DNA of 63,833 nt, filler included, from Saprolegnia diclina VS20 (Eukaryota), in NCBI RefSeq assembly GCF_000281045.1. It is 3 parts of one record of this genome, joined end to end, with 100 filler letters (N's around TTAATTAATTAA, not from the genome) between each part and the next. Parts side by side here need not be neighbours in the genome. Positions count along the whole stretch, not along the records: positions 21,600 to 50,508 come from NW_008246102.1; 2 more parts are not named here. One strand, 5' to 3'. The notes beneath the pieces were generated by a model. That model ran no database searches, was not told the origin of the DNA, and saw only the letters and a list, made by a program, of their open reading frames with translations. The stretch's first letter is position 1. The number at the start of each line of letters is the position of its first letter. Made by a program: the position numbers and the translations under genes. Shown piece by piece: positions 24,501-37,890 of the stretch.

Positions 24501-27500
24501 GCATCCCGACTGTGCGACTGAGGTCCACTTGCTTCTCTACCGACTCTGCTAAAGCCACCCGATTAGATTGGCGAGACGGCACTTGTGTTGGCGGTGAGCC
24601 GAGGCCACACGCGTGTGGTTGACCTCCTCCTCGCCCGTGGCGCCAATACCAACCTCGATACCGCGGTGCGTTGTGGTACCACAGAGAGAGAAGACACCGT
24701 CATCTATCTCTAGGACGGGACCTCGGTCTTGCACGTCGTCGTGGCCCAGAAGCGCCATGCTCTGCTCGAGACTCTTGTCGCTGCCGGCGCCAACGTCAAC
24801 GCCCGCAACGGCGTACGAACGCATGCCATATGAACGTACCCTAACCCGCAGGTGCTAGCGCGGCGACACGCCACTGCATGCAGCCACGCGACTCGACGAC
24901 GTGGCTTTGGTCGAGCAATTGTTGGCAAGCGGCGCTGACCCCAACTTACTCAACGATGTATGCACGCCATTTGCTAGGTTGCAATATCGCATCGGAATAT
25001 CGTGTTTAGGAGAAGGCCTTGCCGCTGCATGATGCGGCGGGCAACGGACGGGACATCCAAATCGTCACGGCGTTGCTTGCGCGTATGCGCAACGTCGACC
25101 AGCCCTACGGCAACGACGGCGACAACTTTGCCGGTGCGACGGCGCTCTACATGGCGGCCATGCATGACCACGCGGCCGTCGTCGACCTGCTCTTAAACGC
25201 CGGCGCCAACGTCAATGCCGATGCGGTACATCATGCAAATATGGTTCTCGCACCAAAGGACGAGACGTGTTGTGTGGCGTAGGTTGGCGAGAGCCCCCTC
25301 TTTACGGCGTCGTCCAGAGGCCACGCGGACGTGGTGCGCAAGCTGCTCGCGAGTTCGCCGAATGTGAATGCGGTTTATGTACCTTTCCTCTGTTTTCAAG
25401 GCCGATTGGGTGCTGAGCATGGCGTAGGAATCGGTGTCGGCTCTGTACGTGGCCGTGCACGAAGGCCACGCCGACGTTGTGGCCGCGCTTTTGGCCGCGC
25501 CTGGCATTCAATTCGACCAAGACGACATGGTATGCCACGTGTAGACCGCATATGATGGACAATATTGTCGTAGAATGGTGAGACGCTGTTGCACGTGGCC
25601 GTAGCGATGGACAATACCGACGTCGTGCGCGTGCTCTTGAACGCTGGCTTTGACATCAACGCGACCAACAAGGTCGACAAGTACATCCTGTCTAGCATAA
25701 TGATCGTTTGGGCTGCGTAGCAAGGACAACGGCCGATCGAATATGCGGGACGCCTCCGCAACACGACGATGATGGGTCTGATGACCGACGCCTCGGACCA
25801 CGTAGCTTTCCCAATACCTTTGGCTCGGTGCACGAAGTTGCGTTGTGTATCGTAGAAATACGCGCTCCAGGACGCCGCCAACGCCAACGACTTGGCCAAG
25901 GTGCGCTCGCTGCTGAGTCGCCCGTTCAACAGCAACGCGTTCAACAAGGTACCCACCGTCTCCCTTTACCTTAGTAATTATCTTGACAATCGTATAGATG
26001 GGCGACTCCTTGGCGCATTTGGCCGTGCGGGCTCACGACACGGAGACGCTTGCCTGCCTGATTGCGACGCCGGGCATTCATTTGGAGGAGCCAGATCTGG
26101 TATCGGGTTCAAAAACGCAACCACATGTGCTCATATGCGGCGGCTGCATAGGGCGGTCGATCTCCAATGGCCGTCGCCATCCAGCGCGGCTACCTCGACA
26201 TGGCGGAGACGCTTTTTCGTCATTTGCACCAGCCTGTCCAGGAGGTTGGAGTCGCATCTCGGTCTGAAACTGACTCGTCCATTGCATTAGATCACGGGTG
26301 ACGACTACGAAATGTCGACAGAGGAGCTCGGAGCAGGCGGCCAAGCGGTTGTGTATCGGGGCACGTATCAAGGGCGCAAGGTCGCCACCAAGAAGTCCAA
26401 GGGGTCCAAAGACGGTGCTGCGATGCTCTGTGCTGAAGCCGACGCCATGACCAAGTCGCGTCACCCCCTGTCTTTGAGTATCTAACAGATGGTCGTAGGT
26501 GTCCGTCGCCGTACCTAGTGTCGCTACTCGCTGTGGCAGACCGCGCTTCGATGACGCCGGCGCTGCTACTCGACTACATGGACATGGGCACGCTGCGGGG
26601 TTATCTGGACCAGAAGCGGTGGCGGCAAGTGAGCGAGTTGCAGCTGACCAACCTCGAGGTGGCGTGGGTCGTGGCGAATGCGATGAAGGACTTGCATGCG
26701 CTTGGCATCGTTCACCGCGACATCAAGAGCGACAACGTCCTCTTGAGCTTGGACCACTACATCAAGCTCGGCGACTTGGGTATCGCCAAGGTGGCCGCCA
26801 CGTACATGACGGACGGCCGCGGCACGGCGCGCTGGACTGCCCCCGAAGTGCTGCGCGTCGACGGTGAGCGCTACGGCACTGAGGCTGACATCTACTCGTT
26901 TGGCGTGCTCTTGACGGAGCTGGATACACTCGAGCTGCCGTTCCACGATGCCACTGACCTGGCGAACGAGTATCAGATCAAGGAGGCGGTCCTCGCGGGT
27001 CGCCGACCGACGCTGACCGAGTCCTGCGAGTCGTGGCTGCACGAGCTCGCCACGCAGTGTCTCGAGACGGAGCCATCCAAGCGCCCCACAGCCAACGAGA
27101 TTGTCAAGACCCTTGCGAAGCGCGTGGCCAAAGGCCCCGTGGTTGGTGTACGTCCCTCTATATATCGCTCCAACGGGGTACGAGACTCGTGTAGAATCTC
27201 GAGACGTTCCACCGCGCGGTAGCGGCGAATGATGTTGCATCGGTGCAAAAGCTGCTCCTGAACGGGTTTGACCCCAACTATACGGTCAAGGTACCTTGTT
27301 TGTCGTACTTCCGTGAACAGTCAGCGACCGACATACGGTAGAGCGACACGGTGCCGCTGCCGATGGCCGTAAGCTATCACAAGGAAGACGTCGCGCAGCT
27401 TTTGCTCGACCACGGCGCGTTCGTGGACAGCTACTGCGTACAACGACCTTGTTCAAAGCAGATGCTACATGCATGGAAGCGCGTAGGAAGGCTGCAGCGG

Positions 27501-30406
27501 GCTTCACGACGCTGCGAGCGACGGCAACTGGAGTCTCGTCAAGCTACTGCTCGATTCGGGCGCCAATGTCGATTTGCTCGACAAGGTAGTACGACCATCT
27601 CTTCTCTTCCTCGATGGAAGGACGTCAGCGCTCATCCTTGGATCTAGAAGCATCGCAGTGCGCTCTACCGGGCGGTCAAGAACGACCACGAGAGCATTGT
27701 GCGCCTCCTCCTCGACGCCGGTGCCGACGCCACGCTACCAAACAAGGTCGAACGACATTTCTAGAGTCTATTCGCAGGGATTGATATGGCGTAGACGGGC
27801 AAGACGCCGTTGGCGCTCGCCAAGGCCGACGACGACTTGATAGAGTACGTGCCGCTCTTGGAAGGCGCCGAGGCCGCGGTACGTGTCGCTCCATCGACGA
27901 CTCTGCCCACAATGACTCGTCGTAGCACGCCGCCACGTCTGAGCTGCGCCTCTGCGCTGGCTGCGACGACGCGTGGCATCCGATCGAGGCTGCTTGCGCT
28001 GCCTGCGGCCACGACGCCTCGCTGTACGACAAGGTCTCGTGCTTGGTGCGTCGGTTCGTGACGCTGCACCACCGTGGCGTGCCGATCGACTGGACGCGCA
28101 CCTGTGTGCCGTGCAGTCGCACTATGTTTATGCTCGAGACGTGTCCTGGCTGCCAGCGCGCGTCGCCCGCGAGCACGGACGAGCTCAAGATGCTGCTCAA
28201 GCGACTGTGGTTCGCGGCCACAAAGCCTGTACGCTTTGCACTTGGAGAGCATCCATCCTCGCATCGGAGAGTCACAGCATGCGTCGTAGACCACAAAGAC
28301 GCCAGCGCTCCGGTATATCGCGGCTTGGTTCCGCCGCAGGAACGCAGCAAGAAAGCTTGCGGCCTCGACCGACCTCGACAAGCGCAACGCCGAGTACGGC
28401 CACATGATGGTAGGCTATGCTCCGTGATAGTGTCAAAGGCATTGGACATGGTATTAGGCGCTCATCGACGCCATCGAGGAGGACAACATGCCGAGGCTAG
28501 TACAGTTGCTAGCACAGCCCACGACACCGACCCGCAACGATTGCGTATTGGATCCACACCACATGGCTCGTCTCTCACATTGGGGCAACTGACTAGTATG
28601 GCAACTCCCTCGTGCACCACGCTGTCAAGCAAAATAACCTCGCCATGCTGCAAGTGTTGCTGGCAGCGCCCGGCATCCCGATCGACCACCAAAACAACGT
28701 ACGCTGTGACGACGCTCGACGTCCTGACGGCCATTGTAGGCGCGGGAAACGCCATTGGCTGTCGCGATCGCCGCGGGCGCCGCCGATCTCGTGCGCGTTC
28801 TCTATACGGCTATGTGTCCGCCCACCGTACGTTTGGATACGTCTCCCATGTTGCATGTCTCATACTGCCATTTATTAGGACAATGCGGCGATGACGTAGG
28901 CGTCTTCCTAGGGGTAGGTGTTGATGCCACGTAGGAGTGCCTCGGCGTACGTGCGTGCGGAGCCCCCGTCGGTGCACGACTACATTCTTCGCCACAAGCT
29001 CGATTTGCAAGTGCCGGGATCGCGCCTCCAGACGTGGCCGACCAAGCTCCAGCTTGCGTTTGTGGCCGCAAATGCGCTCGCCGATCTCCACGCAGCAGGT
29101 CGCGTCCACGGGTCGTTCTCAAGCTACAGCCTGTACGCGGACCCGTATGCCGGCACGATCCACACACTGTATCCTGGCTACGTACCACCAAGCACGTCGA
29201 TGGCGCCGTGGACAGCGCCGGAAGTGCGCGTGGCGCAGCTGCCGCCAACGCCCGCGTCCGACATGTACGCGCTCGGCGTTTTCTTTACGGAGCTCGACAC
29301 GCTCCTCATGCCGACGGTCCAGCTCGGACGTCTTCGCGACGACTGCGAGCCGTGGTACGCCGACATTGTGGCTCGCTGCACCACGGACGACCCGACACTG
29401 CGGCTGACCGCCGCCGACGTTGTCACTCGCCTGCAACCCCACGTCGACGCGGCCACCAAGCAGCGCGAGGTGGCGTGCCTTGAGGATACATCTCTTCATG
29501 CATCTCTAGATGTTTCGGGCCTTTGATGAAGCGACCTGTCCGTTGCAGATGGACGTTATCACCAAGCTTTTGGACGACGGGCTCCACCCAAACGCTGTCT
29601 TCACGGTACCAGCCCGCTTTAGCATTTCTGTGTTGCTGATGCGCGCCATCGTACCGCAGAACGGCCAGAGCGTCTTGTGTGCCGCGATCTTGTCAGTGTC
29701 CCCCGAGCTTGTGCGCTTTATGCTGTCGCGCGGCGCGGACGTCAACCACCCACTGGTCATGACAGCCTTCCTTGGATACGTCATCTCAATGTTCGTTGTA
29801 TTAGGGTCCACTGGGTACACCGCTGCTGTTTGCAGCGAGTCGGATCTTTAGCTACGAGATCCTTGCCATCTTGATCAATGCGGGCGCCGACATTCATGCA
29901 GTGCATCCGGTACCGTGGATAAGGTGAGGCAACGGGTAGCACGTCGCTGGAGCTAGGTGGACGGCGATACCCCGCTTATAAACGCAGTCTTCTTCGGCAA
30001 CCCGCTGGCCGTCGCCCAACTCGTCTACTCGGACCTGTCGACACTGCTCGCGCGCGACAAGGTTGGTTGCTACTGCGACTCAATACTGATGCAACAACGT
30101 ACGATGCAGGAAGGCAAGACTGCGCTCGAGATTGCGCGGACGCTGCGAGAGGAACACCTTTGTGCCGGCACGGTGTCGATGCGCAAGCAACCCGTCGATG
30201 TTGCCGTCGTGCTGGAAGACGCCGAGCGCTGGCGCGTGATGCTACTGGCACGCGACTTGCCGATGACCACGGCGCGCTTCTGTGCCGACTGCAGCATGCC
30301 GTTATCGATCGAGGACTTGAGCTGCCGCACGCGCACATGTGGCGCGGCCAAGGTCGTCCAGTCGGTCTTGTCCAGCGCCAAAAACTTCTTCTCCAAGAGA
30401 AAGTAG
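21600..30406 (+). CDS. Ankyrin / tandem kinase protein, copy 3 (5' part in gap): ANK, kinase (~23294-24065), ANK, kinase (~26291-27146), ANK, Zn ribbon (~27926-28228), ANK x3, pseudokinase (~28880-29470), ANK x~5, short Cys-rich tail
   Basis: HRDIKTDN/DVG, HRDIKSDN/DLG and degenerate HGSFSSYS kinase domains separated by single-repeat ankyrin exons; stop TAG at 30404-30406. More diverged from the other three copies. Confidence 0.75.
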
Positions 30407-31911
30407 ATCCACCGCGGCTATCATAGCAAAACATGGTTTTTGTATCAATGTGTCGAGTTCTTATGCACTTGTTGGCGAGCGCGCGTGCCAACACCAAGTG
30501 CAGTGCGCGCGGCGGTGGAACTCGGTGGTCATCTCGAAATGGTGACACATTGCCGCAGTCCCGCGCTTTTGGCGTAGACGGTCCACAACCCGCGGAACAC
30601 ATGTTTGGCGTACAATGCCACGTTACAATCGTCGCTGCCATCGACTTGGCTGGTCGCATGCAGGGTGTAGCATGCACGTATCTTCAAGGGCCATGGCGCG
30701 ACGTCCCCGGAAAAGATTTATCGTGAGACGCCCTTGCCCGAAGCGGTCGTCGCAGCAAAAACCTGTCAAAATACATATGTTATTAACCTCCCTCTTGTCC
30801 TTCAAATCGTATCAAACTTTCTTAGTCTAGCATCGCCAAGTCGAGGCGAGTCCGAATCTGTATCTCACTAAGAGTGAATCGTCCTCTAGCAGGATCTGCG
30901 AACTGGTCACTCAATACTTTGCACGGGTGTCAGACTGACTGACTGACCCATACTCGGATCAGCAGCATGAGAGATGAAGCAGTGGTAGATGGGGGCACCA
31001 TCGCTGGTACTAAAGCCGCCCGTGTAGATCCGCCCCGAAGCGCTCGTAGCTGCAGTCCTTGCCGGCGACGCGGACGCTGTGGCCACGATACTTGATGCGC
31101 GGATGCCAACGCACGCGGCGAGGTAGCCATCTTGTCCATAAACGAACATGAGCCTGCACACATGGATGGGCTGTAGATGACGTACGCCGTACTGACGACA
31201 GCCGCGAAGCTTGGCCATGCAGCGATCGTCGCTGCTTGCGGCGGGCGCGACGCTGGCGGCGACAGGAACTGCGCCACTGGTTGTACGACTTCGTACGACT
31301 ACGACGGACAATAGCCGATATCGACCATTCGTGGTCTAACCGTCGTGCGTGACATGCTCCATGAAGACCAAGCCGGCTCGCGCGACAAGTTCCGTGAAGT
31401 GCACCGTGTGGCTCTCTTCGCAGAAGGCCGCGCTCTGGTGACCGAACTTGGCCACGCCTTTGACGTGGTGATCCAAGGCCAAGCTGGCCCGCGTCCCGAG
31501 GAAGCCCGTGCGGCCCAAGACGAAACACACGAGCGCGCGGCGACGCCAGAGGTTGGCCATGGCATTGACGTGCTGGTCCAAGGCCAAGCTGGCTCGCTTC
31601 CCGAGGAAGAGGTGCTTCTTATTGCACTACATACATATTGAGCACGCCATAAAGGTCGAGATGGATGAGATGCAGGAGCCCGCCCAATGCCGCGTCTGGG
31701 TCTGAGTGAGGCGCGACAACAAGTCGTCTGCACCGTAGCCAAGCAGACCAAAGGTCACCAATTATATTACTTTGTTCCCAAGATTTGGCAGTCTCGTATT
31801 TATGATGTTTGACCCGACCCAAGGCGACGCACTGTGAAACGTGCTAGCCCATCGCAACGACGCAGTACAATGTACAAAATAACAATCATTGGATTGAAAA
31901 AAGCACACCAA

Positions 31912-32330
31912 CTAGGCCTTGACGTAGCCCACGTCCTTGTCAAACTCGTGGTCGTCGCCCGCAATAAACGACTGGTGCGTCTCGTTCGTCTCGAGCGCGA
32001 GCTTGGCCTTGAACTCGTTGTCAATGGTAGACATGTCGCCGTCGTTGTTGTCAAACATGCAGAACCACGTGAGGAGAAGCGTCAACAAGCAAATGCCCGC
32101 AAACGTGTACCACGTGCCAACGTAGCCAAAGCCGGGCGCCTTCACCCAGTGCGCAAAGCCATACGAGCCAATGGCGGCGCCCGCCTTGCCCATAGCCGCC
32201 GAGAAGCCGTGGCACAAGCTCTTGATGGCTGTCGGGTACATCTCCGTGGGCATGACGAACGTCGACATGTTGGGGCCAAAGCTGGAGAAGAAGAGCGTCA
32301 AGCCAAAGAAAATGATGAAGAGCGCGTGTA
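31912..32330 (-). pseudogene. C-terminal fragment of a PHT1/Pho84-type MFS phosphate transporter
   Basis: FFSSFGPNMSTFVMPTEMYPTAIKSLCHGFSAAMGKAGAAIG is the PHT1 TM10-11 signature; the 5' part is absent, replaced at ~32330 by kinase sequence. Confidence 0.85.
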
Positions 32331-33090
32331 CTGAGCTCGATACTAGGCACCGACTCCCGACCGATGGCCGTCAATCTTCCCTGTACAGCAAGTGCGAGGC
32401 CTGGTTTACCGAAATGGTGTTGCCGTGCGTGGACGCTGACCCGACCAAGCGTCCGACCGCCGCACACCTCCCCGCGCTCCTCGGCAAGCACATGAGGAAA
32501 GCGCAGACGACCTTCAAGGTTAGACTACTCGAGGTGCTCGAATATTGGCATCGTGATAGATGGCGAAGGTCTTCCGCCACGCCTCCAGCTCGACGTCGCG
32601 ACGCAACTCTTGGAGAACGGTCTGGACCCCAACAGCGTGGACGACATACGTGCCTCGTGCGCACAGCGCCATCCATGACATGCATGGTGCTTGTAGTACG
32701 GACAACCGCTTCTCAGTGCTGATGTCTTTGGTGCCGATTCCACTGCGATGCAGCGTCTGCTCGACCGAGGCGCGGATGCATCTTACAGAGTTTCTCATAT
32801 ACTAGTAGTGTTTAGAAAGGTAACTCACAGCGCTGCTTGCTGCAACCAAGTACACGGACAACATCCCAGTCGTTGCGCGCTTGATCTCGGCGAGGGCGAT
32901 GTCCACGCTGTCGACAGAGTACGACACCAAGCGCTGCTTCATGCCCGGGACTTGCCGATGCCGACGCCGCGATGCTGCCCGCAGAACTCCGCTGTCTTCC
33001 GAAGACATGAGTAGCCGCAAGCGCACGTGTGGCGGAGCCAAGATCGTCCAGTCAGTGCCAAAAAGCTCTTCACCGAGCAAAAGTAGATAA
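32331..33090 (+). pseudogene. Degenerate fragment of the 3' end of a copy-3-type gene
   Basis: TELDT...CEAWF...CVDADPTKRPTAA kinase tail, broken ankyrin exons, and RKRTCGGAKIVQSV matching RTRTCGAAKVVQSV of copy 3. Confidence 0.7.
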
Positions 33091-33136
33091 GACGCCATCA
33101 TCCAGTGAACCACGGATTTTGTATCAATGTATCGAG

Positions 33137-35848
33137 TTACAATGCTGTCTGCACGTGTTGGCGGACGCAGTGTGCGACTTTCAAAGCACTTGGTCGATCT
33201 TCGGGTGCATGCGCCAAGCATGCTGTGGCCAGCGCCTGGATCCACGACGGGCAGCTCTCGCCAATTGTCGGCTGGATCGTGCCTTGGATCACACGGCTCA
33301 TGATGGCCGTGTCCACCAGCGCGTTTCCTATCGTTTTACGATATAAAATTACACATATCCAAGGTTGCGCGATACCCTTGTCATTGCGGAGGTCCGCGTA
33401 CGGAATATGGTGCGTGCTGAGTTCCGAGACTACCATACCAAACGAGTACATGTCGGCCGCGGTCGTGTAGTGGTTTTCTTGGAGAATCTCGGGCGCCTAC
33501 AGTACATTTAGAACCCTAGTCTTCATAGAACAATAGACAAGTGTGTACCATCCAGCGGTACGTGCCGACGCCGACTGTCATGGTCGCGGTCGTGACCTCG
33601 CGCGACGTGCCAAAGTCGGTGAGCTTGCAACCCTATCCCCATAGGGTTAGGGATATTCTCTTTCGATTCCTGGTACCTTGACAGTATCGAGAAGGATGTT
33701 GCGGGACTTGAGATCCCGGTGGATAATATCGAGCGAGTGGAGGTAGACAAGGCCTTCTGCGATGGCCAACATGGCTCCGACCTTCTCATCCCACGGGAAG
33801 AGCGTGTCGGGCGATGCTTTGGTCGTCTCGAGCACACTCTTGAGGTCGCCACGGTCCATGTACTCGAGAACCATCTGCAGCTCGGACGGAACGCGCCAGC
33901 TGGCGCCAAGGGTCTTGGTGATGTACGGGCTGTTCATCCTAGTTGAGATGGGATGCTTGAGTAAATACCGAGGTGGTTGACTGGACGTACTGGAACGTCA
34001 GCTGGATCTCGTCAATGAGGTGGCCGAGCGCCACGTGGCTACTTTTTCCCGGTAGCAAGCACTTGATGGCTACGTCGCTGCCTACAAGACACTGCCTGAG
34101 CCAAGGTCTCTTGCCAGCGATGTACCTTTGTAGGAGCCACGCCACACTTGCCCGTACGCGCCTTCAGCCAGGAACGTCGAGCGAACGAGGTCGTCCTCGT
34201 CGAGCCGTGCGCCAAAGAGAGCCTACGTTTCAACACTGTTTCTGCAACTTTAGCTGTGGACGAGGGAGTGCGTACACTGAGGTCGTGCGGCTGGCGTCCC
34301 GAAGGGTCCATCGATCCCGTGTCTTGGGTGTTGGCTGTCGTTGTGAGCGGCGGTCGACGTCCCATCAGTCTACACAACCCGGACGCTGAATGATGCACAC
34401 ATAACGTTATGGCGTACTTGTCATCGCGACGGCGGGCACGGACAACGTAGAGAGCAATGAGGCCAAGTACAAGCACGCCCACGACACCGCCGGCAACGAT
34501 ACCTCCGATCGCTGCCGCGGACAAGGACGTCGGGTTTGGTGGCAGTGTCGCCGGCACAATGGTCGTCGCGGCTGGTCCTAAGTGACCATATTCACACTTG
34601 AGAATAGCCAAATGTACAAGTTGTCATACCGGGGTAGGTGCACACGGTGAAGTTCTTGACCGTGTTCCAAAGCGTCTGCAGTGTATTGGGCGCCACACAG
34701 GATGAGCTCACGTCGATGCTCTTTGGCGAGAAATAGCTGCCGGTTGCTTCGATCGCCTTGAGCGTTGCCTTGTCGATGAGAAAAGTCGTCAACTCAATGC
34801 CCGCCAACGAGCTACGAGGTAACGTCAGAGGCCTTACGGTGCGACGTTGTTAATTCGTACAATTCGAGCTTTGTGCGAAACGAAACGTTGTGGAGGTCGT
34901 GCAGCGGGTTGCCCGAAAGATCCCTATCTCAAATACGTGCTGCACCACGCCATTTTTGACGTTGGAAACCTACAGGTACGAGAGGGTGCTGAGGTTGAGG
35001 TCGTGGATGCTCGTCAAGTTGTTGTTTTGCAGCTGTCTAAAGACGCGGACATGTCGCGTGTCGAATGGACATGATGTACAGTACAGTTGAGCGAGCGGTG
35101 GGAAGGCCGGCGGCAGTTGCGTCACGTTCGAGTACGTAATCATTCTAGGAGCGTCCACGATCAGCGCCGATTGTTAAGAGGCGCGGTGTACAAGCTGTTG
35201 ACGTTGGGCGGGAAGATCGCTGATGCAATGTTGAGGTTCGGGTTGTTGGTGATTCCCCTACAAGTCCACCACCCAAGGGACGTTTCAAACGAGAAAATGT
35301 GATGACGTTGTTGTACAAAAAGGTGAGGCTGTGATAGGACGAGAGGTTGCCGACGGTCTGGATCCGTGTGCCATCAAATGAGCTACACATTATCATGAGT
35401 GAATACAAGGGTAGCGATGACAGCAGCGTACACAGAGGTGGCTCCCGCCGGCAGCTCGGCCAAGTACGACGCCGACTCTGGGCATAGTACAATGCAGTGA
35501 GCCCTTGCGATGAATGTGTGCATCTCAACTACCAGTGATGAGAAATAATTCAGGCTTGCTGGGGCTCGTCGGTGACAGCGCCTTGAGTACCTACAGAAGG
35601 AAACGTGAGCCTCGATGTCAAGGTAGCTGTCAAACGCACCGCGCATTGGTTGTCGACGATGCAGTACGACGCCGAAGGTCCGCAATAGGCTGCCGAGTAC
35701 GACGACGTGTAGGCCGTATATGGGCAAGTCGCCGCCATGAGCGACGTGCTCTAATGGTAGCATCGGAGAGTATGAGACTACGCCACGACAGAAGCGGTCG
35801 AACGAGTAGTAGAGGCAGCGCGATGGCACGGAGCATGAGTCGGCTCAT
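33137..35848 (-). CDS. LRR receptor-like kinase (TKL group), multi-exon
   Basis: Signal-like N-terminus, Cys cap (CPY...YCIVDNQC), LRRs (LQNNNLTSIHDLNLSTLSYL), TM helix IGGIVAGGVVGVLVLGLIALYVV-RARRR, and kinase motifs EGAYG/VAIK/HRDLKSRN/DFG/APE. Start is 35848 or 35836. Confidence 0.88.
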
Positions 35849-37759
35849 GCTGGTGTGTGCAAGAACGAAAAACGGATGTGGCGCGATCGGGCCACAACCC
35901 AACAGCAGCTATCGCGGCTGGTTGGGACGTTGATTTGCATGATACCAGCTTCGATTTTAGCATTTTCCGTCAATGTGATTGGCCAATACCTTGTGGTAGC
36001 GAATTTCGAAGGACAACTCAATAATTTGACCGGATATTTTTCAAATACTGTTTCCTGCCAAACACTGGATTGATCGTGTAGTTGTTCTGGCGTTCACAAC
36101 CATGAACCAATAGGCACATTAAAGGCTGCTTTGACGCAGCTTCGAGACTTTTCCGCTCTGCTTCATTGGCGAGACCGTGTCACTTCAAGATCATCATGCT
36201 TGGGATCGTGTAAATTCGTCCCTGCGCCAAATGTTTATCCGGATCCAAATAATTTCCGGATCGTTGGGCAGCGCCTTTTTGATGGCAACAGCCATCCTGT
36301 GCGGGTTTGCGAGTGGATGGTTATGTAGCTGATTCTGGCCATACACAGCGGAAGCGCAACCGCAACGCCGTCATGGACGATTCTGTCTGCACTGGTAGTT
36401 CATTGGTTAAGCATTTCAGCAGCAAAATATTCGTGTTGAGCTCTGGAAACGTGTTTTTCCTTCGTCGTCTCAATTGAATTGGGGACGCCACTGGGACTCA
36501 AACACTGGTGGTACCAAGAGTCTACAACAGGTTATCTAAAGACGTTTGGTGGAACACCAGTGTCTAAACTCGCTGACGTCGACAGAATACTTTGTTCCGT
36601 CAAGGGATAGAGCTGGCGAGCTGCAACGACTTAACCATTTGGTCTGGATGCGTCCAACAAAATCGACCGCCTTCATGAAGCTGAGAGAAGAGCACGCTCC
36701 CAAGACTGTGTGTTGACCAAATGAGGATTGCAATCCAGTGCGGGTTTGTAAGTGAATGCGCCTGGCAGGCTCTCAATCCAAGCATCAGACACGTGCGCAT
36801 TCGGTAATTACGTGATTCCTTCATTCGTACGAGTCGCCAATTTGGTGGTTCACCGTCCTAGACGTTGTCCAAGGTCCTGCCCGCGCCAAGGGTCGACATG
36901 GCTGCAAAGATAGCACCCCAATGCCCAAACAAAAGTGACAAGAATCAAGCAAGGCTTTGGGAGCGGCAGCTTTGGCCGTCGGGTGGGCGCGCGCCATGGG
37001 CCGCCGCACGGAACCCAGAAGCGATCCCACGACGCATCTTCTCCGATTCCATTGGTCAAAGCGAATCCAATCAAGCCAATGAGCTTGCACGAACGCCATA
37101 AATCCAGCAGGCGCGGAGCGAATCCGCGAGCACCGTTGCAATTATTTGTATTTTAATGCATACATATACAAATGATACATGTACATAGAATATACGATTT
37201 AAATTATATGCAGCAATTGTTTTATTTTACTGCATTGCGATTGCATTTCCCGATCGACCGCGCGGACCTCCGACCTCATGACCCGCGAAGAAGCACCGCT
37301 CCTCACCCGAGCCTTCGCCTCCATGCGGGGCTGCCTCCTCGGGCGCATGGCCATCGTCCTCGGGGCAGTGGCCTTCTCGGTCATCCTCCATCTGCTGCCT
37401 CGTCGCGTTGCCAATCAGGTGGCCGCCTGGGTGACCATACTGCTCTTGACCATCGCGCTAAGCGGGGGCAAGCACAGCGACGACGATCGCAAGGCTACCG
37501 ACGATTACGACTTCCTCGACGACAACCATCGCCCCGACGCGACGAACGACGACGGGTTCGATGCCCACACCTTCCGCGCGAGCGCGTTCCTCTACTTGTC
37601 GTATACGTGCGGCGACCTTTTGCTGTCGGAAGGGTCATACTTCATGCCACGACGATGATGTAGGGTGACAACATTGCTCATTTGCACCTTTGTCGTGGAG
37701 GACGTCATCCCTGCGTGTTTGAACCATCTCACGGCCGCTGCGCAAGCTCTTTTTCAGCT

Positions 37760-37890
37760 TGGCTCTTCTGCTCCAGCGGTGATCGACCTGGCAGAGTCTG
37801 ACGAAGAGTTCGACGAAGAGTAAGACGACACAGATAGCTAAAAGCTTCAATTCTACTAGTACTGCATATGAACCTCGACTTACGTCTTGC
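37760..37890 (+). repeat. Dispersed repeat, copy A
   Basis: tgctccagcg...cgacgaagagtaagacg...ttctacta...catatgaacctcga is shared with 50330-50450. Confidence 0.6.

Noticed and set aside
16455..30406. Copies 2 and 3 as one continuous gene
   Set aside because: Copy 2 stops inside kinase 2 while copy 3 resumes in first-block-type ankyrins, so two genes with missing sequence is more likely.
36000..37140. Lower-GC stretch with short ORFs, possible transposon relic
   Set aside because: No recognisable motif, TIR or TSD.
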